Assembly (NCBI GenBank): GCA_965285935.1
Contig: OZ260661.1
Span: 128,588,001-128,652,000, forward strand
Direction: 5' to 3'
DNA from: Ophelia neglecta
Taxonomy: Eukaryota
Length of the DNA stretch: 64,000 nucleotides
Shown here piece after piece: positions 52,937-64,000 of this stretch (positions are counted from its first letter, which is position 1; every line of letters begins with the position of its first letter). The notes under the pieces were generated by a model. It was given only the letters and a program-made list of their open reading frames with translations, ran no database searches and had not been told where the DNA came from. A program made the position numbers and the translations under genes.

Positions 52937-55900
52937 TTACGCCTCACTGGGAGTCAAAATCCATGACGTACGATGAACACAAATGAGTAACATAAAGCAT
53001 GGTGTGAATACGTCATATCTTGTAATATATTCAACTTTACCCCCGATCTTGGTGCTTATTACCTGCTCAGAGAATGCAACAAGTTACCGCTAAATAAATA
53101 GGCCTATTGCCACTGTGAGCTGGGTAGGTGCTTATACTCACAGATGAAAAGTATTTGTCTTGAAAAACACAGTTTATTATTGTTGAAGAATCTATTCATA
53201 TGTGTTAATATTGTATGTTAATGGGAATAAATGATTTAATGATACTATGAGAATCGTTGAAAAATTATTTGCTTATATCAACTTATTATTCCACCTTTAG
53301 ATCTTAGGGCGTACAAAGTTATTGACAAACTGGTAGACACCTCATAGATATGATAGGGTCATAAAATAACGTAACACGTTTCAGATAGATCCTATGGTCT
53401 ATCTAAGCTTCATGGCCGCTCGGAAAGATTAAATAACAGGTGTAACACGTTGAAGGTGTCGGTCACTGGGGGAAATTGGGGAAGGCGGCTGGGGTGGGGA
53501 TACACGGCCGCGGGGTCAAGACTCCCCCAGTGTACAGATTTTTTTCCATATCAATACTATAAGCCTATAACCGCGATGTTTCCATATACAAAATCGAGGC
53601 AAATATATATATAACCAAAACTTACAGCCCCCCTTCCGCCCTCCGTCTCCCAATGCCAACGATTATTCCATATAAATACCAGAGGGCTAGGCAAACTTAC
53701 ACATTCCAGGTCGATCTTTATCACAGTCGCTCAGTGTGGGCCAAGCTAGGCGGACATCATATCAGTCACAATTTAACTTGAAAGATATTTTTGAACGCGG
53801 CTACGAAACACAAGGTTGGCGTTACATATGCTTAATTTTCACATGACGGGACCAAACCAGCATGCCTTCTAGAGGCTCTTGAACAAAAGTGGCCATTTTT
53901 TATTTTTTGTCACACGTGAGAGCTAGACCGCACATATGACCCCATAGATATCCATATGTGTCTTTCACAATCACACAATTTCAAAACAATACCATCCCGT
54001 GTCCAAAATCTTTTACTATTCATATCTATATTTTACTATTAACATATAATCCAGGTAATCCAGATATGTTTGCTGCCTTTTTTGGTGAATCACAGTCGAG
54101 TTTGGCGAATTTATTATTGCCCTGTGAGCTCTGCAACACCTATCAGCTCTGGAACACCTACGACACTGCATCGAATAATTGCTATTTAGTTCACTGCAAC
54201 CAGTAATAACAGCCAGGCGTTCTTGCCTAAGTATAACAGCATGCACCGCGGTATTTCGTTTCCCGCCAGATGGCGATACCTTCAAAAAAGGCTCGCGCAT
54301 ACGCGCAATTGTACACAAGAATGCCAATTTTGTCAATAAACATACTTCCGCAGAATTTCATCTCCGCTCCGAAACTATATTCCCGTTCTTAATCAAATGA
54401 TGCAAGTAAATTGAGTATAAGCTGCGGGCCTGTTCCGACGGCAGGTCTCAGTTTGGCGGCCTCGTAGTCACAGGCACCCCCCCCCCCCATCCCCCAGCGG
54501 TGTATTTCATATAATTTGGATGTGGTGGTCCTAGCAGGGTTTGAATCCTGGGAAAATATGACAGAAATTCTTTAAAAAGCATCAATGATTTAGGAAATCT
54601 TCACAAACCTATATTTTTGATCAAAACCAAATCCTCAATACACTATACCATTTTGACGGTCGATCTTCCAAAAACCTATCTTTAATAGGAAAAAGTCCTA
54701 CTCTTTTGCGATGGGAAAGGTGCGTCCGGGGTTTCCCGCCTATTCAATGCAAACCACAGCTTTTGTATGCCGGTAGCTAGGTTTTAGAAGACCTCACTGG
54801 TCAATATGCCTATAGAAGAATAAACTGGACCATTTTCATAGGCTTGCATAGGAGATTACCCCTTTTCTAGTACCATAGCGGAGAGATAGGCATTGATAGG
54901 GAAAAAAAGCATTCTCTATACCACGGAGCCATATACTATGTTTTCATAGCAACTGAAATCACGGAAAATATGTGATTAATGACGAATCATAAGTTATCAA
55001 TAAAATGAAACCAATGTCAGTGTAATCATCCCAAGTCCACCATGAATCGCGAACAATAACTTTTCACGTTCACATCACGGAAGATAAATATGATCAATCA
55101 CGCACCAAGATTTTACTCCAAAATTGTTAAGTGCACCTTATTTTCGGTTTTTTTTCGAGTCTCCCGATGACTAGGAGAGGCGAGAATAAAATGGCGCGAA
55201 AATTAAAAGCACCATTAGCACTGTATTGCCGCCGGTGAGTAACCGTGAACATAACAAGCCGTAAAAACTAATTTAAATGTCAGCTGTTCCTGAAAATTTG
55301 ATGGCGCGAACATTTCCCGTTTTACAGTAACTCCCCCTTATAATAAATGTGTATTATATACAATTAGAACAGTCATGGGTTCCTGTCCCGTCAGGACTCG
55401 GTATTTCCTTTTTTGAACATTTTAGGTATGCTATTGAATAAGTATTTTAGTATTGATCAATGTTCTTTACACTAATCTCTTCATATAAGGATAAATTTGA
55501 CATACCTGTATTGTAGGCCCATATGGTTGTGGCCAGTGGACGACCAACCCTGGGTGACTTTCAAAACCTTGTATCGCGGTCAACCGACAACGCCTGGGAT
55601 GAAAATGGTTTCCAAGAAAATATTGTTAGGCCTATGTCAGAAATTGTTTGAACTTAATTAAGATAAACGAAGTCCCTGGAACCCGCCAGTCAGATTCCTC
55701 CGACGGCCATTAATTTACATCGATCGCGTTGGCCGCCTGTATAACTCACCTATATTAATATCGAGGACAGCCGGAGGGTCACAGAGCTGTTCAGGTCTCC
55801 GCTCATGTCACATTTGATGGCCATTCACGTGCCAGACAACTCCATCTAGTCGGCAGGGAGACCATGGCGATCACGAGGGTGAGATCAGTTTCAATCTCAC

Positions 55901-56218
55901 TCACTGCCCCATCCGTACACCGCCCGCCTAGATTGTTATAATCCGATTATATCAACCATAACAATGCACTGATATCAATCCAATTACCCGGGTAAATAAA
56001 AGTAAACATACCCGGAGGCCTGGCGGGGCGTGTAAGCAGATTATAGGTCTCAGCCGACAGACTGAGTAGGCCAGGGTGACAAGGACTCTAGGCAGACGGG
56101 TTGGCAGACAGAGGGAAAATGTCGTCTGCCGACTTGATGGATTCTCTACAAAACCAGTCGGAGTCTGGAGGAAGGCATCATTTCTCCTCTAGGAACCACC
56201 ACCAGAACATCAGGCAAT

Positions 56219-57943
56219 ATGAAGAATCTCGTGTTTATCAGCGTCTGGACGGGACTCTTGTCTCTAACCCTGGTGGCCTACTCGGCCGGGGCCAAGGGAA
56301 CACGACCCAAACTGCCAGATCTACTCTTAAGGAACTTCAACAACCTAGGCGATGTGAGCGCTGTGTCAGCTGACGTCACTGCCCAGCAGAACCAGCCCGA
56401 TAAAAGCCGAGTTAAGCCGAGCTCGGCCGATGTCAATATGAAGGAGATTGGCGAGATTCTCCAAAACAAGTACGGGCTGACTAACACGATGGCCAGCGAG
56501 GGCTCGACCAGCTTCATGTTGGAGGTGTACCGTAAGCTGGAGGAGGGAGAGAGCTTATCGAGGGCCTCCGGACATCGTGGGCTAGACGTGGCCATCTTAC
56601 AGGCAGACACCGTCCGCAGCTTCCACAATAAAGGTAAGGCCTCGTATACCCACATCGCTTTATGAAAGGAATTCCACAAAAAATCATGTTAAAATGTGAA
56701 TTTATTAAGCAAGAGATAAAATCGGTAATTAATATTACTTATCATGATAGTAAATAATAATATGTACATGAAGGTACACGGACTACACAATCAATCTGAA
56801 TTTGGAGACATCAAGAGTATTAACTTAATCCTAATTAATAGCGTTAACATTCACAAAAGCTGATAAAACTAACAAACAATTATAACAAATTTAGTCGATT
56901 AACCGTCTTAATTGCATCCTTATATCAGCTTACTTTATTTTATTCATTGTAAAAATTATTTATTTTTCCTTGTAGAGCGTATAAGAGAGGAGGGAGACAA
57001 GATGGAGATGACCTTCAAACTAGCCGGTATACCTGAGGAGGAGGTAACAAAGAGAGCTGAACTACGGGTCCACTCACAGAGAGCACGAGGACGCCGTGTC
57101 TTCAAGGTGAAGGTCACAGTAATTGAGGGTGGCGTCCAGATTCAGCGTTTGTCCTATCGGGTCAGCTCCAAGCGTTCTGCCAATGACGGCTCGGCGGTGA
57201 TTGACCTGACGGCCATCGTTCAGGACGTGTTAGAGGCCGGATACCGCGACGCTACTCTCCATTTTACTCTCCGTCCTGCTCATAAACACAGACGGCAGAG
57301 AGGGACTGGCCAACAGGAAAAACGGCAGGGCAAAAGTGAGAAGAAGGACAAAACTCAATCGGGGGACCATAGCGGTAGTGGCGCTGTAGGTAGTGGGTAC
57401 ACCGGAAGACGCTCTAAACGTAATGTCCGTCAGCCGACAACTGGTGCCATGCTTGTAATCTTCACTCAAAACAAACAATTTTTCTCTAAACTGACTGCTG
57501 ACCTTCGCATAAAGGCCAATCAGCTGGACAGCAACTTACCAGACTCAAGAGAACAATCAGATGTACGGTCAGGGAGAGTCAAGCGCAGGTCTTCTAAATC
57601 AAAAGAAAGATCTAACCCTTTCAAAGTTGGCGGAAAGTGTAGAAAACTGGACTTTACCATAGACTTTGAGGTGATTGGCTGGGACAAATGGATTGTTTAC
57701 CCTAAGAAGTTCAACGCCTATCGCTGCGGCGGAAAGTGTAAGAATATAATGGATCCTGACGTGTGGCCCACCAACCACGCCATACTACAGAGTCTAATGA
57801 ATAGGCGTGACCGGAAGTTAGCCCCGCGTCCATGCTGTGTGCCCACCAAACTACGACCAATCAGCATGCTGTATTTCGAGGAGGATGAAATCGTCATACG
57901 TAATCACGTGAACATGGCCGTTGACCAATGCGGCTGTAGTTAA
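56219..57943 (+). CDS. nodal: Nodal-like preproprotein, copy 12 (join 56219..56633,56976..57943)
   Basis: Intact; Q>R shared with copy 11; private H>Y (SGYTG). Confidence 0.88.
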
Positions 57944-60900
57944 TTACGCCTCACTGGGAGTCAAAATCCATGACGTACGATGAACACAAATGAGTAACAT
58001 AAAGCATGGTGTGAATACGTCATATCTTGTAATATATTCAACTTTACCCCCGATCTTGGTGCTTATTACCTGCTCAGAGAATGCAACAAGTTACCGCTAA
58101 ATAAATAGGCCTATTGCCACTGTGAGCTGGGTAGGTGCTTATACTCACAGATGAAAAGTATTTGTCTTGAAAAACACAGTTTATTATTGTTGAAGAATCT
58201 ATTCATATGTGTTAATATTGTATGTTAATGGGAATAAATGATTTAATGATACTATGAGAATCGTTGAAAAATTATTTGCTTATATCAACTTATTATTCCA
58301 CCGTTAGATCTTAGGGCGTACAAAGTTATTGACAAACTGGTAGACACCTCATAGATATGATAGGGTCATAAAATAACGTAACACGTTTCAGATAGATCCT
58401 ATGGTCTATCTAAGCTTCATGGCCGCTCGGAAAGATTAAATAACAGGTGTAACACGTTGAAGGTGTCGGTCACTGGGGGAAATTGGGGAAGGCGGCTGGG
58501 GTGGGGATACACGGCCGCGGGGTCAAGACTCCCCCAGTGTACAGATTTTTTTCCATATCAATACTATAAGCCTATAACCGCGATGTTTCCATATACAAAA
58601 TCGAGGCAAATATATATATAACCAAAACTTACAGCCCCCCTTCCGCCCTCCGTCTCCCAATGCCAACGATTATTCCATATAAATACCAGAGGGCTAGGCA
58701 AACTTACACATTCCAGGTCGATCTTTATCACAGTCGCTCAGTGTGGGCCAAGCTAGGCGGACATCATATCAGTCACAATTTAACTTGAAAGATATTTTTG
58801 AACGCGGCTACGAAACACAAGGTTGGCGTTACATATGCTTAATTTTCACATGACGGGACCAAACCAGCATGCCCTCTAGAGGCTCTTGAACAAAAGTGGC
58901 CATTTTTTATTTTTTGTCACACGTGAGAGCTAGACCGCACATATGACCCCATAGATATCCATATGTGTCTTTCACAATCACACAATTTCAAAACAATACC
59001 ATCCCGTGTCCAAAATCTTTTACTATTCATATCTATATTTTACTATTAACATATAATCCAGGTAATCCAGATATGTTTGCTGCCTTTTTTGGTGAATCAC
59101 AGTCGAGTTTGGCGAATTTATTATTGCCCTGTGAGCTCTGGAACACCTATCAGCTCTGGAACACCTACGACACTGCATCGAATAATTGCTATTTAGTTCA
59201 CTGCAACCAGTAATAACAGCCAGGCGTTCTTGCCTAAGTATCACAGCATGCACCGCGGTATTTCGTTTCCCGCCAGATGGCGATACCTTCAAAAAAGGCT
59301 CGCGCATACGCGCAATTGTACACAAGAATGCCAATTTTGTCAATAAACATACTTCCGCAGAATTTCATCTCCGCTCCGAAACTATATTCCCGTTCTTAAT
59401 CAAATGATGCAAGTAAATTTAGTATAAGCTGCGGGCCTGTTCCGATGGCAGGTCTCAGTTTGGCGGCCTCGTAGTCACAGGCACCCCCCCCCCATCCCCC
59501 AGCGGTGTATTTCATATAATTTGGATGTGGTGGTCCTAGCAGGGTTTGAATCCTGGGAAAATATGACAGAAATTCTTCAAAAAGCATCAATGATTTAGGA
59601 AATCTTCACAAACCTATATTTTTGATCACAACCAAATCCTCAATACACTATACCATTTTGACGGTCGATCTTCCAAAAGCCTATCTTTAATAGGAAAAAG
59701 TCCTACTCTTTTGCGATGGGAAAGGTGCGTCCGGGGTTTCCCGCCTATTCAATGCAAACCACAGCTTTTGTATGCCGGTAGCTAGGTTTTAGAAGACCTC
59801 ACTGGTCAATATGCCTATAGAAGAATAAACTGGACCATTTTCATAGGCTTGCATAGGAGATTACCCCTTTTCTAGTACCATAGCGGAGAGATAGGCATTG
59901 ATAGGGAAAAAGAGCATTCTCTATACCACGGAGCCATATACTATGTTTTCATAGCAACTGAAATCACGGAAAATATGTGATTAATGACGAATCATAAGTT
60001 ATCAATAAAATGAAACCAATGTCAGTGTAATCATCCCAAGTCCACCATGAATCGCGAACAATAACTTTTCACGTTCACATCACGGAAGATAAATATGATC
60101 AATCACGCACCAAGATTTTACTCCAAAATTGTTAAGTGCACCTTATTTTCGGGTTTTTTTTCGAGTCTCCCGATGACTAGGAGAGGCGAGAATAAAATGG
60201 CGCGAAAATTAAAAGCACCATTAGCACTGTATTGCCGCCGGTGAGTAACCGTGAACATAACAAGCCGTAAAAACTAATTTAAATGTCAGCTGTTCCTGAA
60301 AATTTGATGGCGCGAACATTTCCCGTTTTACAGTAACTCCCCCTTATAATAAATGTGTATTATATACAATTAGAACAGTCATGGGTTCCTGTCCCGTCAG
60401 GACTCGGTATTTCCTTTTTTGAACATTTTAGGTATGCTATTGAATAAGTATTTTAGTATTGATCAATGTTCTTTACACTAATCTCTTCATATAAGGATAA
60501 ATTTGACATACCTGTATTGTAGGCCCATATGGTTGTGGCCAGTGGACGACCAACCCTGGGTGACTTTCAAAACCTTGTATCGCGGTCAACCGACAACGCC
60601 TGGGATGAAAATGGTTTCCAAGAAAATATTGTTAGGCCTATGTCAGAAATTGTTTGAACTTAATTAAGATAAACGAAGTCCCTGGAACCCGCCAGTCAGA
60701 TTCCTCCGACGGCCATTAATTTACATCGATCGCGTTGGCCGCCTGTATAACTCACCTATATTAATATCGAGGACAGCCGGAGGGTCACAGAGCTGTTCAG
60801 GTCTCCGCTCATGTCACATTTGATGGCCATTCACGTGCCAGACAACTCCATCTAGTCGGCAGGGAGACCATGGCGATCACGAGGGTGAGATCAGTTTCAA

Positions 60901-61224
60901 TCTCACTCACTGCCCCATCCGTACACCGCCCGCCTAGATTGTTATAATCCGATTATATCAACCATAACAATGCACTAATATCAATCCAATTACCCGGGTA
61001 AATAAAAGTAAACATACCCGGAGGCCTGGCGGGGCGTGTAAGCAGATTATAGGTCTCAGCCGACAGACTGAGTAGGCCAGGGTGACAAGGACTCTAGGCA
61101 GACGGGTTGGCAGACAGAGGGAAAATGTCGTCTGCCGACTTGATGGATTCTCTACAAAACCAGTCGGAGTCTGGAGGAAGGCATCATTTCTCCTCTAGGA
61201 ACCACCACCAGAACATCAGGCAAT

Positions 61225-62949
61225 ATGAAGAATCTCGTGTTTATCAGCGTCTGGACGGGACTCTTGTCTCTAACCCTGGTGGCCTACTCGGCCGGGGCCA
61301 AGGGAACACGACCCAAACTGCCAGATCTACTCTTAAGGAACTTCAACAACCTAGGCGATGTGAGCGCTGTGTCAGCTGACGTCACTGCCCAGCAGAACCA
61401 GCCCGATAAAAGCCGAGTTAAGCCGAGCTCGGCCGATGTCAATATGAAGGAGATTGGCGAGATTCTCCAAAACAAGTACGGGCTGACTAACACGATGGCC
61501 AGCGAGGGCTCGACCAGCTTCATGTTGGAGGTGTACCGTAAGCTGGAGGAGGGAGAGAGCTTATCGAGGGCCTCCGGACATCGTGGGCTAGACGTGGCCA
61601 TCTTACAGGCAGACACCGTCCGCAGCTTCCACAATAAAGGTAAGGCCTCGTATACCCACACCGCTTTATGAAAGGAATTCCACAAAAAATCATGTTAAAA
61701 TGTGAATTTATTAGGCAAGAGATAAAATCGGTAATTAATATTACTTATCATGATAGTAAATAATAATATGTACATGAAGGTACACGGACTACACAATCAA
61801 TCTGAATTTGGAGACATCAAGAGTATTAACTTAATCCTAATTAATAGCGTTAACATTCACAAAAGCTGATAAAACTAACAAACAATTATAACAAATTTAG
61901 TCGATTAACCGTCTTAATTGCATCCTTATATCAGCTTACCTTATTTTATTCATTGTAAAAATTATTTATTTTTCCTTGTAGAGCGTATAAGAGAGGAGGG
62001 AGACAAGATGGAGATGACCTTCAAACTAGCCGGTATACCTGAGGACGAGGTAACAAAGAGAGCTGAACTACGGGTCCACTCACAGAGAGCACGAGGACGC
62101 CGTGTCTTCAAGGTGAAGGTCACAGTAATTGAGGGTGGCGTCCAGATTCAGCGTTTGTCCTATCGGGTCAGCTCCAAGCGTTCTGCCAATGACGGCTCGG
62201 CGGTGATTGACCTGACGGCCATCGTTCAGGACGTGTTAGAGGCCGGATACCGCGACGCTACTCTCCATTTTACTCTCCGTCCTGCTCATAAACACAGACG
62301 GCAGAGAGGGACTGGCCAACAGGAAAAACAGCAGGGCAAAAGTGAGAAGAAGGACAAAACTCAATCGGGGGACCATAGCGGTAGTGGCGCTGTAGGTAGT
62401 GGGCACACCGGAAGACGCTCTAAACGTAATGTCCGTCAGCCGACAACTGGTGCCATGCTTGTAATCTTCACTCAAAACAAACAGTTTTTCTCTAAACTGA
62501 CTGCTGACCTTCGCATAAAGGCCAATCAGCTGGACAGCAACTTACCAGACTCAAGAGAACAATCAGATGTACGGTCAGGGAGAGTCAAGCGCAGGTCTTC
62601 TAAATCAAAAGAAAGATCTAACCCTTTCAAAGTTGGCGGAAAGTGTAGAAAACTGGACTTTACCATAGACTTTGAGGTGATTGGCTGGGACAAATGGATT
62701 GTTTACCCTAAGAAGTTCAACGCCTATCGCTGCGGCGGAAAGTGTAAGAATATAATGGATCCTGACGTGTGGCCCACCAACCACGCCATACTACAGAGTC
62801 TAATGAATAGGCGTGACCGGAAGTTAGCCCCGCGTCCATGCTGTGTGCCCACCAAACTACGACCAATCAGCATGCTGTATTTCGAGGAGGATGAAATCGT
62901 CATACGTAATCACGTGAACATGGCCGTTGACCAATGCGGCTGTAGTTAA
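61225..62949 (+). CDS. nodal: Nodal-like preproprotein, copy 13 (join 61225..61639,61982..62949)
   Basis: Intact; private E>D (PEDEV). Confidence 0.88.
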
Positions 62950-64000
62950 TTACGCCTCACTGGGAGTCAAAATCCATGACGTACGATGAACACAAATGAG
63001 TAACATAAAGCATGGTGTGAATACGTCATATCTTGTAATATATTCAACTTTACCCCCGATCTTGGTGCTTATTACCTGCTCAGAGAATGCAACAAGTTAC
63101 CGCTAAATAAATAGGCCTATTGCCACTGTGAGCTGGGTAGGTGCTTATACTCACAGATGAAAAGTATTTGTCTTGAAAAACACAGTTTATTATTGTTGAA
63201 GAATCTATTCATATGTGTTAATATTGTATGTTAATGGGAATAAATGATTTAATGATACTATGAGAATCGTTGAAAAATTATTTGCTTATATCAACTTATT
63301 ATTCCACCGTTAGATCTTAGGGCGTACAAAGTTATTGACAAACTGGTAGACACCTCATAGATATGATAGGGTCATAAAATAACGTAACACGTTTCAGATA
63401 GATCCTATGGTCTATCTAAGCTTCATGGCCGCTCGGAAAGATTAAATAACAGGTGTAACACGGTGAAGGTGTCGGTCACTGGGGGAAATTGGGGAAGGGG
63501 GCTGGGGTGGGGATACACGGCCGCGGGGTCAAGACTCCCCCAGTGTCCAGATTTTTTTGCATATCAATACTATAAGCCTATAACCGCGATGTTTCCATAT
63601 ACAAAATCGAGGCAAATATATATATAACCAAAACTTACAGCCCCCCTTCCGCCCTCCGTCTCCCAATGCCAACGATTATTCCATATAAATTCCAGAGGGC
63701 TAGGCAAACTTACACATTCCAGGTCGATCTTTATCACAGTCGCTCAGTGTGGGCCAAGCTAGGCGGACATCATATCAGTCACAATTTAACTTGAAAGATA
63801 TTTTGGAACGCGGCTACGAAACACAAGGTTGGCGTTACATATGCTTAATTTTCACATGACGGGACCAAACCAGCATGCCCTCTAGAGGCTCTTGAACAAA
63901 AGTGGCCATTTTTTATTTTTTGTCACACGTGAGAGCTAGACCGCACATATGACCCCATAGATATCCATATGTGTCTTTCACAATCACACAATTTCAAAAC

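Larger units (their letters stand above)
1..64000 (+). repeat. Head-to-tail tandem array (gene-containing macrosatellite) of a ~5.0 kb unit, about 12.8 units, each with one Nodal-like gene
   Basis: The same sequence recurs with ATG-to-ATG spacings of 5009, 5009, 5007, 5006, 5007, 5009, 4985, 5008, 5006, 5011, 5007 and 5006 bp. The marker acgttcacatcacgg is at 1, 5010 ... 60071. No non-repeat flank is visible. Confidence 0.99.

Noticed and set aside
1-64000. Array as a pure assembly artefact or transgene concatemer
   Set aside because: Units carry structured, shared variants and in-frame-only coding indels, and no vector or marker sequence is present. The exact copy number still needs read-level confirmation.

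Overview
Animal genomic DNA, probably from an invertebrate bilaterian. The whole 64 kb is a head-to-tail tandem array of a ~5.0 kb unit: about 12.8 units starting at 1, 5010, 10019, 15026, 20032, 25039, 30048, 35033, 40041, 45047, 50058, 55066 and 60071, running off both window ends. Every unit carries one intact + strand gene with two coding exons joined across a phase-1 GT-AG intron. The gene encodes a 460-aa (459 in copy 7) TGF-beta-family preproprotein whose mature domain has Nodal signatures, so the window holds 13 near-identical Nodal-like genes. Each unit also has a candidate proximal cis-regulatory module (Sox/P3C homeodomain/Fox/GC-box/Smad motifs), polyA signals, and a spacer with a G4 motif, a CTCF/E2F-like motif and probable transposon relics. 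Copies differ by scattered substitutions, partly shared in a mosaic pattern. All amino-acid differences fall in the signal peptide or prodomain and none in the mature ligand. No RNA genes, CRISPR arrays or intact mobile elements were seen.
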